From a virus, in IMG/VR virus record IMGVR_UViG_3300042306_001104: DNA of 28,284 bases; one strand, 5' to 3'. Below the pieces are notes generated by a model that worked only from the letters and a program-made list of their open reading frames with translations, did no database searches and had not been told where the DNA came from. Positions 1 through 12,806 of this stretch are shown here, one piece after another. Both the position numbers and the translations under genes were made by a program. Each line of letters starts with the position of its first letter. Position 1 is the first letter of the stretch.

Positions 1-14
1 TTAGGTCTAGGGTT

Positions 15-494
15 TTGTCTGGACTAACTGAGTCTGATCAAGAGGATGATCTTACTAATTTAGCTCAAGCAAATCGTGGAAAATATAAAAGGTTGACAGA
101 CTCATGGAGAGATGGAAAACTTGGTGAAGCATTTGATAATCCAATAGTAAAAAAATCAGCCTATGCTGCAGTAGGTTTAATTGCAGCTAGTTTTATTTAC
201 TCTGGTTCAAAAGATAGAGGTGAACAAGAAATATCAGGTCCACCACTTTTGCCAGGTGGATCAGCATATGAAACTCTTCCTCAAAGAACCCCTCAGATAC
301 CAGATGCTTCTATGTTCTCGGGTTATAAACCAGGAGTTGGATATTCAGTTCACATTGAAGGTTCAAGAAATCAGATAGAAGCTTTTGGCAATAGTGCAAG
401 ATCCGTTGCTAAAGGACCAATTAACAGTACTATGTCTAGAGGACTCCCTCAATTAGGTAGAGATCCCTACTCAGAAGTAGCTAGCTCTTTTTAG
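15..494 (+). CDS. Hypothetical phage protein; frame is open to the window edge, so the true start may lie upstream of the TTG at 15
   Basis: 159-codon ORF, AT-rich phage-like codon use, tightly packed with the next ORF; contains a hydrophobic segment (AAVGLIAASFIYS). No recognisable family. Confidence 0.6.
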   Translation: MSGLTESDQEDDLTNLAQANRGKYKRLTDSWRDGKLGEAFDNPIVKKSAYAAVGLIAASFIYSGSKDRGEQEISGPPLLPGGSAYETLPQRTPQIPDASMFSGYKPGVGYSVHIEGSRNQIEAFGNSARSVAKGPINSTMSRGLPQLGRDPYSEVASSF

Positions 495-502
495 GTGTTG
501 AT

Positions 503-967
503 ATGATTCTTGGTGCAGACAATCAAAATAAAAATTTAAGAATAGCATCAAATATTAAGTCGAATCCAAATACAAAAACAAGAACAGCAAATCACTACTC
601 AGCTTCAATCTCAACTTCTAAGACATCAGAATTTTCTAGTTCTGCAAGAACGCAAAGAACTACAGCTCATCAATCTAGAAGTAAATTAAATGATGGCAAC
701 CCAGATCCAATTAGAGGGTCTATGGAGGGTCTAGATACTGGTAAGTCAGCTCATGTTCAGATGGACAATAGAGGTTATGATGCAACTCAACTTCAAACAG
801 CTAGGTATAAATCTAAAGATAAAAACTTTAGCACTCAAAGGGGTGCTAGTTTTCTTTTTACAAATAAACAAAATCAAGGTATAATTAATAATTATACAAA
901 TGAAACTATGACTGGTAGCTCCAGTAATAGACTAAATCAATCTCTTAATATTAACGGAATGTTTTAA
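503..967 (+). CDS. Hypothetical phage protein, polar and low complexity
   Basis: 154-codon ORF starting 8 nt after the previous stop and ending 2 nt before the next ATG. Confidence 0.65.
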   Translation: MILGADNQNKNLRIASNIKSNPNTKTRTANHYSASISTSKTSEFSSSARTQRTTAHQSRSKLNDGNPDPIRGSMEGLDTGKSAHVQMDNRGYDATQLQTARYKSKDKNFSTQRGASFLFTNKQNQGIINNYTNETMTGSSSNRLNQSLNINGMF

Positions 968-969
968 CT

Positions 970-3900
970 ATGGCTGAACAGGTATTAAATACAGAAGTAA
1001 CAGAATACATGAAGGGCCTTACGCAGGTCGAGATTGAAGCAATTATAGCTGATGTTCAAGATTTATTTGATTACTACTATGAGCCTGGTTTACAAGCGAT
1101 AAGAACAGCAATTAATAATGATCCTAATGTTGGATGGAAACAACAATTTCTAAACCCATTATCACAGTTCAATAGTGCATATTTCGAATATGATTATTTA
1201 GAAAATGGATTAAATACACGTATAGAAACGCAGAATGGTCCATCAAGTGCTACTCAAGATAGAATTAAAGACCTTTATAATATTTATTTTAAACCAATAA
1301 AAGACGCTGGAAAAGGCATTACTAGGACAAACCCAAAGGTTAAGTCTAGTACTGGTGGATTAAAAACTACAACTGGTCCAACTTATCCAGTAATGAGCGC
1401 TGGAATTCTATCTTTTGGCGAAGAATTTTACCCACCAAATCTTTATAAAAGAACAAACTTATATCAATCGCTTGGTTCAAAAGATACATATTCCGCAATA
1501 GCATTTACTGACTACATGTTCAGGTATCTTCTTAATTCAGAATCTACTAAGGAGCCTGAGGTAGAGAAATATGTAACACAATATATAGCAAGAAATTCAG
1601 ACCTTCCAGGTAAAGATTTGGGGATGGTCTACAATAGACTTTATAGTACAACTATAGCCGGAACGCTAGCTGCATTAAGAGCTGTAAAAGAAAAATTACA
1701 GAATTACAATGCAGAAAGTCAAGATTATAAATCAAACCCAGAATCATCGGTAGTCGAAGGTGCCAATACAACATTTTTAGAAGAACAACTAAATACAATT
1801 TTAGGAAAGTGGAAGGTTACTTTCAACCTTGATGGTTATATAGCAACTAAACTTCCAGAAAGAGTACTTGACGATTCCTCAAAAATAGAATCAATTAAAA
1901 AAGGTTTTTATAATTTATTTAAACCATCTGGTGCGGCGACTATCCCAGCAAATGAAAAATATGGCAAAAACATATGGGACAAAATACGCACTAGTGGACT
2001 ACTAGATCTAGCAGTTAGTGCTGGTTCTATAGCTGAATTTGCTCAAAAAAGATTTTCAGTTGGATCAGACTTATTGGATCCAGTAAAAGGAAGTGCAACA
2101 AATGCTCTTGATCCAGTAAGAGACACGATGTGGCTCAATGACCTATCCAGGGTTATGACAACTCTAACTAGAGATCCAATTACTCTTTCTATAATACAAA
2201 ACTATTTTCCAAATTTAGTTACATTATTTTTTAATGCTACCGCAGCTGCAGCAGATTATTCTGGTGGAAGTTCAGATGACCCAATAAATAACGTAGAAGC
2301 GTTAGCTAAGTCGCTAATTGATTCTTTTGGTTTAGACAAAGATGGTAAGCCAGTTTTTGAAGCTGCATGGGACTTCATTAACACTGGACAAAGGATACAA
2401 GAAGCACTTAAGCAGTTTCCTTTCAGGGAAAACATTACACCTAAAACACCAGACTCATTCCATCTAAGACTTGGAGCATCAAACTTTTATGTTCCTCCAG
2501 TTGCTATATCTATTAATTCTCAGTTTAAAACTGGAAGTCTTACCGGTGGAGCAATCAGGCAAAAGAGTTCTCCAAAGTTCAATGCTGGGTACAAAGAAAC
2601 TTCAATAAATCTTAAATTATTTTTTCCTAATTATGAAGAAATATGGGGAATATCAATAGATGGAATTAAAGATTTAAGTATTGATAAAGATTTTAAAATT
2701 GATTTTAAACAAGCAGGAAATGAAGAGCAGATAGATAAATTTCTTTCTTCATTAAGAGGTCTTGTAGCGGCATTTAAATATGCTCCGATACTTCCAATTA
2801 AAAACGTATACTTAAATTCTGTTCATGGAATAACTGGAGTAGCTCTTTCTTCAATGAGCATCTCAACTATTCCTAACTATCCATTTGCTTTAGTGGTAGA
2901 CCTAGAGCTTCTTAGCTTTAATCATAAACCATTCCTTCCAATGATTAAAGATTTTAATCAAGCTGTTCATTGGGGTAAGTTTAGACACTACATGGGTAAA
3001 GCCGCTGGAAGTCTACATAGTTATATAAATGAATCATTCTTTACCGAGATAGACCCCAATGAACCTGCAACACGCCTTGCTGGAGATAGAGGATATGAGC
3101 TAATACAGCTTAAAGAAAAAGATGGAGAAGAGCCAGATCTTATAAAGGATCCGTTTAAGAATGATGTATTTAATACGAATGTTATAAAAGAATGGCGTAA
3201 TGGAAATAATATAAGTCTATATATTCCAGAAAGAACGCAAACAAAAATATTTACTCCAGACACATCTTCGTTCAGAGGAGAAGAGGAAAAACTCTTAGAA
3301 GATACAGGTCAAGCATTTTGGCAAAGTGCTCTTAAGTCTATAGGTATTGACATAAATGAATCAGAATCATATGGCAGAAGTCTTGATTCAGTAGTTCAAA
3401 CTTCAATAGAAGGATCAATAAGTCCTTCTGCTAGAAGAATAGTCTTAGAGAGCATCGACATCATTCTTGCTGGAAAAAATAGAAAAGAGTTTAATGAGAA
3501 AGCTTATGACTTCTATGCAAAAGCTTTTGTATTTGAAAATAAAAATTCATTAAATCAACCTGAAATCAATTATATTTTAGCTAAACCTGGCAGCTTACCT
3601 CCAGGTGATTATACATCAAATGCAACAAAATACTACTATAGAAGTAAACCGCTTGAAAAACCTAAGCCAGATGGTTTTTCTGATAACTATTCTTTAAAAA
3701 ACATCAGAGATTTATTTGAAAAATCATCTACTGGAGTTAAAGCGTTCTTAAATAATCTTTCTGAGCAAGACGCTCAAGAAAAAGCATCGACAACTGGTAA
3801 GAAATCAGAAGAGTTTATTGAGCAATCCAAAGAAGATATTGGTAGAGCGTTTAACGTCTTATTCTATAATAGATATTTTAATAGTGGTCCTATCCAAAAA

Positions 3901-6900
3901 TTGATGGAAGCTAAAAGATTAGGATCTGCCAACTATCAATTCAATGAATGGGAAGTTCCCATGATGAGAGTAGATCTAGATCCAAAGGCGGTAATAGTCA
4001 ATGGTGTTTCTTTAACCCTAGGAAACAACCTGGCAAAAATGCAACTTCAGATGCAAGACGAGCCAACATATCAACATATAGGTGGCAAAGATACTTATAT
4101 GAATATCTCTATGACTGTATTTGGAGAAAAAGAATTAATAAAATTAAGAAAAGTTTTTGAACATATTAACGGCCTTGCAAGACTAGAGCACTCAACTGGA
4201 GTAATAGGATTCATGGGCATAAAGAATATTATCGCTGGTCTAGCTGGCATGAAGTATGTAATGCCTTTAACTTATCAAGTTGACACTATTAATAACTATC
4301 CTCACGTTTATGATGTAAGAATTTCTTTTGTGGACTTTGACATATTTCAACAGCAAAAAGAAAAACTTTCATCAAAACAACAAGCTGATATGATTAAAAC
4401 ATTTGGCACAAAGAAAAATCCATTTCTTCGCATAAAGCAGTTATGGGGATCATTCAATGCTTATCCAGATTTTCCATTAATGGTTAAGGATTCAGCTGGA
4501 GAAACTGTTGGAACACTAGATCCTGATTATTATTTTAGATCTTTTGAGATGTTTGATGATGATGTTATTCATCATCTTCAAAGTGAAGAAAAAAAGTTAG
4601 AAAACTTTACTGTTTCTCCAAAAGGATTAGACTCTCAATCAACAACAAGTAATCAAGCTAGAAATAGTAAAATACTTAATGATATTAAAAACTTAATTAT
4701 CAATAATGATATTGCAGCTTTAAAAAATTATTTTAATGAACAACAGATTACATTAACTGAAGCAGCTGCCTATGTAGAGGGAGCTGTAAGAGAATTCCTT
4801 AAAGGTCAAAAGTCAAATCTTCTTTCTGATTTCATTGAAGAATTCCCAGAGGTAGATGGTCAAGCCGTAAAGCTTTCTGTAGAAAGAACTGTTGGCTCAG
4901 AAGGAATAAAATATCAAACCAAAGTTGGAGATGTTAAATACTCGGCAGACAATGCAATTGGAGAAATACAAAAACTCCTTAGTTCAACACAAAACTCTTC
5001 TTCCAATGAAGAGTTTATCAGTATTAACACTGAGGAATTAGATATTCACCACACCATAACGCTAATACCTGCATCAGAAAGCGTTTCAGACGATAAATTG
5101 CCAGCGATGCTTTATCACGCAAATGGCTATCATCTTGGTTATGTTGGAAAATATGATAATAGATTCTACTTTACTTCTGATGGAGTTCAATTAACTAAGG
5201 GAAGTTCTAATGATCCAAGTGATGGCAAGATAGAGTATAGGCCAGTAGCTATACCTTTTGGAGATACTGATAGTCCATCAAAAGCATACGCTGCAAGAGA
5301 TGCAAAAGGTAAAGAGATGGGCGCAGCTCATATAACATCATTGGGCGGAACTGGTTCTAACTTAGCTAGAACTCATGATCCCTATACTAAAAGCGATGCA
5401 AATACAGCAGAAGTAACATCTACCAGTAGCACTGAAGGGTCAGTAGCAAAACACTGGGAAAGAATGTTGATCGATACTAAGTATCGTGACATATCTGGTC
5501 GAATGATTAGAGCGTTTCCAACATACATGCTGTGGCTTATTGATGAGGGCGGTTTTGTATCTGGCGTAAAAGTATTTGATAATTTTTATGGCCTGCAATC
5601 AGTAATAGATTTTTCAATTGTTCAATCTGAAGATATCCTTGGAGATACTCTAATACTCAGAGTGTCAAATATGTACTCTAAATTAACCACAGCCGAATCA
5701 AGTGCTATTTTTAGAGTAGACGAAGAATACAATGACCAGCCTACTAATTCAGTAGAGGGTATAGAGTCTATACTTGATAGAGTTTTGAGTAGAGCCAGAT
5801 TTGCAGCTGCACACATGCAAAACGATTACATAGTAGATATCAATAATATAAGACTTAAACCTGGCGTTAGAGTCCACTTAAGAGGTGGATACGGGTCAAA
5901 CCCTAATGCTTTGCAGACGCTTTTTAATGGAATTATTACTCAAGTTGAAAACGGTGAAATTGTAACAATTACTGCTCAGTCCGATGCAATAGAACTTAGC
6001 CCTATAGTTAACTCTACTAATAAAAAAGGTGATAGTGGAAAAATAGATGGTGGCATAAACACTGGATTTTGGCTTTCCGAACCAAGAGATCTAATGGTAA
6101 GACTTTTGTCAATGGGCAGCTCTAGGTTTAGGGAAGGTCTTGCTCACGCTTCAAGAGGAGTAGTATTTTCTCAAAATAAATTTGGAATAAGACATTTTGG
6201 CTCAATGACATATGAGCCACTCAACGATATAGAAAAAGCAAAAAATGAAGCTGTAGTTTCCTCAGTCAAAGAGGCTCACAGTTCGTTGGGACCAGGTTCT
6301 GGAAACTCTTCGGGAAGTGGTTCCTCTGTTGATGTTTTGACTTCTGGAACAATTGAAGGAATGAGAAATTTTGGTCCAGAGATAAGACCCGCTGGAGTGG
6401 GTCTGATGCACACTTTGTGGGCTAACTTTTCCGCTCAAAGAGATTTTGAAATTTTTAAAAGAAATATTTATCCAGGAAATGGAACTGGAATAGCACAATT
6501 TTTAGGAGGAGACTTAGGCGATGGATGGGCCTCGGTAGCAAGTCTAACTCCAGATGAAAAAACAAATGAAAGAATAAATTACATAGGAAGAGTTAGTGAT
6601 TACTCTTGGAACAAGCTTACCGCTCAGTACAGTCAAGGTTATAGTCCTGCTGGAGCAGATGCCAAGTCATTAATTGATACTAATTCATCGGCTAATCAGA
6701 TCAATAATAGCAATGGTTCTGCAGACGTTGGTAGAGCTATGATAGGTGGAGCAATAGCTGCAGCTGGAATAGCAATAACAGGAGGTTTGGGTGCTCCAAT
6801 AATCGGAGGAGCATTAGCTCTAACTGGTCTAGGGGGAGTTCTTAGCGGAAGAGGCGGAACTCACATAATGAATACGCTAGGAATTACATCAGGGATGGAT

Positions 6901-9900
6901 GACGATCTTCCTGGGCTTGATGAAGTTTCATTTAGAGCTCAAACATATATGAGAAGTGTTTGGGATTTATTCCAGATGTGTGCAAGATTACTTCCAAACT
7001 ACATTGTAGCAATAAGACCATTTGAAGATAGGTCAACTGTTTTTTATGGCAAACCGCATTGGCTGTATACTTCTGGAGTTGTTCCACTAACTACTGGGTT
7101 CCCGGTAAGATCAAAAGCTAAAGAGCTTGGAATTATTGCTCCAACAGAAATAGATGTTGATGATTTCTTAACAAAAACAATGGAGCAATTAAATAAAGAA
7201 TCAAGTCCATTAGCTGATTCAGCAGCATTTAGTGCTGGTAATTCATCACTTATTTCTATAACTGATACGCTGTCTATGCAAATGAATACAACCGCTGAAG
7301 GAAGCGTTTTTCTACCTTCATCTGGGGATGGTAGTTTTAAGGGAAAAGTAGTACCATTTGGATATAAATCCACTATGGAATTTACGGGTTCAAATGGAAC
7401 TATTATTTCTAAACTTCCCGTATCAATGGGATACGCAACAATAGGCTATCACCTTCCTATTGGAGGTGACTTAACTGAAACTGAATTAAATGAAGAGCAA
7501 CTTTCTAGCCATAGACAGATAAGCGAGCTCCCATATAGATACAGATTTCCTTTCTTTACAGAAAGAAAAGACACTGTAATTCTAGAAGATTTTGCCTATT
7601 ATGCTTTAGCTGATGAGCTTGGTACTTGGAGTAACGATGATTATAAGTCTGATTATCAAACACTAGCCTTAGACAACTGGTCATATAATGGTGGTGGCGG
7701 AAGTAAAGGCGAAACAAACTGGGTGAATTTACTTAAAAAAGAATCACAGATAGTAACCACTAACACGACAGATAGTGTTAACCTTGAAAATAGAAACAAA
7801 TTAAAAATTGCTATTAATATGGAAATGGGAAATACTCCCATTTTCTCCGCTGACTCATCTATATCCGGAGATGCTTATATATTTTCAGAAAGATTAAATG
7901 GGAGTATTTCTAAAATTATTAGAATGCCACTTCCACAGATCGACCTTGCACAGATCGGCGTAACTTTTGCACAAGATAGAGAAGTTGCAAAAGATTATGA
8001 AATACTTAAAATGTATAATACTACCTCTAACGCAGCAGCTCTTCAAGAGTGGACTGCTCCATCAAATGCTCTTGAAGAGCAATTTTACATCGCTATGCAA
8101 TGGCCGTATAAACCTTTATCAGAAGGTGGCGGGGTAAACCTTGATTCATCAATTCCGTTTGATGCATCAAATTCAAGCGCAGAAGCTTTTCTTGATCACT
8201 ATGGTATTACTGAAACATTTGGAAATGTAAAAGATTATAAAAATAGAAAAGTTATGGTTTATAGTCCAAGTACAGGAAAAGCAGTTGTTTGTAAACCAGC
8301 TTATTTTATGTGGGGAAATAGCACCGTAAGAATACCTGAACAAGCTTCTGGTAAAAATCGTGATGAATTTGGAAACGCAACAAGCATAGATAGAGATGCC
8401 TCACGGAGGCACAAACCAACTTATGTTTGAGCAAGAGGTTCCTCTTTCTGCAATAGTATCTCCTGATGCTGCTTACTTTCTTGGAATATTAAATTTAACT
8501 CCGATAGAATCAGAATTTTGGTCAGATGGCAAATCTTCAAAAAGCGAAAACGAATGGGCTGGCGCAGAAGATGCTATTACCGCTCTAGCTAGAGCAGGAA
8601 TAGCTCCATTCCCAATTGCTAGAAACTGTTATTACGCATTTGTTCCAGACACCACTCCTTTAGGAGTTGTTCCAGATATGTTGCTACCGGCAGATGAATT
8701 TAAAGCAGCTGATGGAACAACTATTCAAGAGATTGGTAATGGTCAAAAAATAATAGGATTTGGTCTATTTACCGTAAAAGGTAATAGCAAAAAAGAAGTA
8801 GTTAATTCCAATAACTACAGTCAATCAAAAGGTTCATTTAATGAATTCTTTGAATTGCAACTTTCATCTAATGTAGAATTATCTAATGTTATTGATTCTG
8901 TTGGAAAACTAGAATTAGGTGGAAATATATATGGAAATGGAACAGACGCAAAGAGCTATTTTGATTTAATAAAAGAAGGAAATTATACTGCCCTTGAACA
9001 AGATACATTAAGAGAAATTGTTAAGAATGAAAAGAAAGATAATCTTAATATATCAGAAAGAAGATTTGCTGAAGTATACGATCCATTGGATTCAACTTCT
9101 GTTCAAGCTAGACAATATTATGATGAAGACTATGATCAAAATGTAAAAGTTATTGCAGGAAATGGCAGAACTCTTCAGCAAGCAACAGGGATATGGGATC
9201 AATTTAGATTTGCATATCATACATACACAAATGTTAAAGAATCTTTTCAAAGAGCATATGGATTAGATCCAGATTCAGAAGAGCAAATACCAAACGCTTT
9301 TCTATCACAACCAGATACTACTTCAGCTGCAGATTTTCGTAGATTTGAGTCTGCGGATCCAAAAAATAAAGATCAAATGGAAACAGCAGCTGCCTCTTTA
9401 AGAAATGATCCATTTTCAAAATATGGCTCAAGTGGAGGGACTGCTGAAGATGAGTTTTCAACTATATTCGGAGATAGCTTTTTTAAAACTCCATATCAAT
9501 TTAAAGATGAAAACGGATTAGTTAGATCATCTGTATCACCTGGATTTCAAGCTAATTTAAGAACTGGATTAGAGCAAGCTAGAATAAATTTTATTGATGC
9601 AGGAAAAGAAAATGATGGATTAATAGATTATTTTAATGATCTAGTTTTAGCTAAAGTGCAAAAATTAAGACTTGTTATAATTGAAGGCCTAAAGCAATCT
9701 GGAATACAACCAGAGGATGCTGATCAATATATACAGTCAATTACTACCCCAAAACAACTGTTCCTTTTTGTTGTAGGTGCATTTAGAAATACGATGTGGA
9801 AAGATCCATATGCTAGAGCATGGCTTGTTCTTAAGCCTAATATGAAATATACTTTCGACAAAGATCAGTGGGATTTTAACCCTGTGTTAAAAATTTTTCA

Positions 9901-12805
9901 AGCATTCATAGATCCTAATGAAGATTATGGAAAGAAACCTGATAAATTTAAAAAATTACTAGCAGCAAATAGATCAGAAGGAAGCAGTAGTAGCAACTGG
10001 TTCGGTAAGACTATGGAAGACGTAGGTGGATTTTGGGATAAAAATGTTGGCCCGCTATTTAGCGCTATAGGAGATTCATTATCTGGGCTTGTCAACCTAT
10101 TTAGAATGTCAATGATGCAACTTGGTTATGGTCTATCTCAAGTAGGTCAAATGTCAAAGCAAGCAAATATTTTAAATAAAGTTCTTAATGACTCAATTTA
10201 CTACTCACTTGGAAGACCTGGTTCTTTATTAAGAGCAGTAGACAATCCTTTCACAAGAGAATATGGTGAGCCAGTAATTGAGATTAGACAACCATTCCAG
10301 AGAATACATTATCTAAGTTCTTTTTCTCACATTCTTTCAAATGGAATAACAGAAAATATAAATGGAGTTGCCACTATGGTAACTGCTGTTTCTGATGGAA
10401 AATATCCTGTAACAGTTGCACTAGATAAATCTTCCCCACCAGAAAGACAGGTTGAAAAAACAGTTGAGACTGGACTTTATTTTGACAATGTAGTTGGGTC
10501 TGGATTATTCGGAGCGCTGCACCCTATAATGCATCCGTTTGAATTTGCTAGAGGTATATCTAAAGTGGCACAAGGTACTCCTGATGAACTATTAGCTAAA
10601 AGAGTTGCATTGTCACACTTGAGAGAGTCTCTAAAAGATATTTATACTGGGGAAATTATGATCATAGGTAATGCAGACATTAGACCTCATGATTTAGTTT
10701 ACCTTGCTGACGTATATGAAAGAATGTATGGCATGTTTGAGGTTGAACAAGTTGTACATCATTTCACTTCAGAGCTTGGATTTGTAACTTCAATTACACC
10801 AAACGCTTTGGTTACAGTAAACGATCCGGCAAGATGGTTTATGTCATCTTGGATTGGAACATGGCTACACATGCAGTCACTAAGAAATGACACCAGAATG
10901 TACATGAGTTCTTTAGGTTCTGGAATAAATAATATGGGCCAAGTCAGCGTTGATGGACTTTCGGATTCACTGCAAAGTCAAATGATTGGAGGAATGCAAT
11001 TTACACATGGAGCCTCGGCAATCACTAAGGATATAATGGCCCACTTTGCTTCTGAGGGCATAGCTGATATTAACTCTCAGGTTAAAGGGTTAGTCAGTAA
11101 TCAATCTGCCTTTACTAATGGAAGCGCTAAGATAGGTGGAGTGGGTGCCATGTTTGCAGCAGCCACAGCCTTAGGTGGTACAGCAGTAGGATTAGCTTCA
11201 CTAGCTATTCCTGGGGCCGGAGCACTAGTTGCAGGCGCTGCTACTGGGCTAGGTGCTGGAATTGGGGGAAAGGCAGCATGGAAGGGCTGGAGCTGGATTA
11301 GAGACAATGTACTAGATCAGCATGGTTGCTATATTCAATATCTCAATAGGAACGGACGAGCTATGGACGCCGGTCTTAATCAAAGTGGTCAAGGAATGGT
11401 AGTTGGCAGATATCACACAAAGAAGCTTCTTCCTGGAATTTTAGGAGTTTCAAGTAAGGTTAGAACAGAGCAGGGATATAGCTATATTAGAACAAACGAC
11501 CTGCTAAAAAATCTTGGATGGAAAGAAAAAGAAATAAACGATTTAGTTAGGTATATAGACTTAGAGAATGCACTAGTTAACTCTCAAGTACTTAGATACT
11601 CAGGAATAGGCCCTGAAAAAGCTGGACTTAATAGATTCTTCAAAGCAATATGCAGGGTCACAGAAGTTACAGACGGTGACACTATAGATGTAGTTGACAT
11701 TTTTGATTCAACTAAGACTCCATTTACAATACGTTTTTTAGGAATAAACACTCCTGAATTAAATATAATTAAATCTACTGTTTCAACAAATAATGGAATT
11801 AATTTTAAACTTCAATCATATAAAGTGGAAGACATTCCAGGCGAAGCAGTAAACAAAGCTACCTTTACAACTGTTGCTCCTCATTCGTTTGAGGTTGATG
11901 ATACTGTAGCTTTTAATCAAAGTTCAGAAACCTTTCCATCTGTTAGCTCAGCTGCCAAGGTTGAATCAGTAACATCAAATACTTTTAGTATTTCAACTAC
12001 CTCACCAGTTATTGGATTAACTTCAACGGATGCAGTTGCACTAAGATTACCAATCTCAGACAGTGTTAAGGAATGGTCAAAAGTTAACTATCTTTCACCT
12101 GGAGGAAAATCGTTAGCCTATGTAGAGTCTGCAATTAAAGATAAGCTAATTATTGTCAGATTATCTCCTGATAGAAAAAAGGTAACTGCATCTCTTGCAG
12201 AGGAAAATTTTGATGCAGGAAATGTTCATAATAAATCAGACTATTATGAAAAAGATATTTTTGGCAGCAGATCTCTGGGTGTTATATTTTATAAGTCTGA
12301 TAAAGAAGCTGTAGAAAATATAGCTAAAGAAGTCAACTCTATATTTAGCACATCTTTACAACTATCACTATCCGATTTATTAGATAAAAAGTTAAAATTA
12401 AATTTAGCTGAACCAGTGTTTATTGAAAGGTTTAAAGAAATATTTAATACCTGCGAAGAAGTATATAACAACTTAACCGTAGGTGGCAGCGGAAATAAAG
12501 ATTACTATTCTTTATATGCAAGTTCACCATTGCAGTCAATAACCCCAAAGTTTAGAAGATATTATAATGCTTTTTTTGCAGTTAAAGTTCTTGAATATAT
12601 ATATGGAAAAGTTTCAGAATGGCCAAATATAGAATGGGATGAGTTCTACAGCGATGGAACTCCGGCATCATTAAACTATGAACTTATTGTAAATAATTTA
12701 GCTAAAGTTTATACAAAAGACCTACTAGTAGAACAAAGGTCAGTAATAGATGAAACTGAAATGGCAGCTCTTCCAAGTCAAATAGAAGTGAATAGGAACA
12801 CATAA
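970..12805 (+). CDS. Giant tail/baseplate-hub-like structural protein (~3944 aa if fused), segments 970..8403 + 8405..12805 joined by a +1 shift at CGGA (8404-8407); unshifted product is 970..8430
   Basis: Two long ORFs (2486 and 1469 codons) overlap in the +1 relation. ORF2 contains a hub/gpD-like stretch (IRPHDLVYLADVYERMYGMFEVEQVVHHFTSELGFVTSITPNALVTVNDPARW). ORF2 could alternatively start at ATG 8423 (GGAGG at 8405-8409), so the fusion here is less certain than at the other sites. Confidence 0.6.
6725..6870 (+). other. Gly/Ala-rich hydrophobic segment within the giant tail protein, first half
   Basis: Translation RAMIGGAIAAAGIAITGGLGAPIIGGALALTGLGGVLSGRGG: glycine-zipper-like, potentially membrane-active. 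Confidence 0.5.
8404..8407 (+). other. Putative +1 recoding site 1 (TCA CGG A|GG)
   Basis: Only in-frame CGG of the 2486-codon ORF; +1 frame opens after the TAG at 8387; upstream frame stops at 8428. Confidence 0.55.
11130..11290 (+). other. Gly/Ala-rich hydrophobic segment within the giant tail protein, second half
   Basis: Translation KIGGVGAMFAAATALGGTAVGLASLAIPGAGALVAGAATGLGAGIGGKAAWKGW. Confidence 0.5.
11648..12315 (+). other. Staphylococcal-nuclease (SNase/TNase)-like domain embedded in the tail protein
   Basis: RVTEVTDGDTIDVVDIFDSTKTPFTIRFLGINTPELNIIKS matches the SNase signature (V.DGDTI.V ... RL.GIDTPE); later KDIFGSRSLGVIFYKS resembles the D.YGR.LA.VF element. Confidence 0.65.
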
Positions 12806-12806
12806 C

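Noticed and set aside
181-4160. Short overlapping + strand ORFs 181..378 and 3948..4160
   Set aside because: Nested in other frames of strongly supported CDSs, with no independent evidence of coding.
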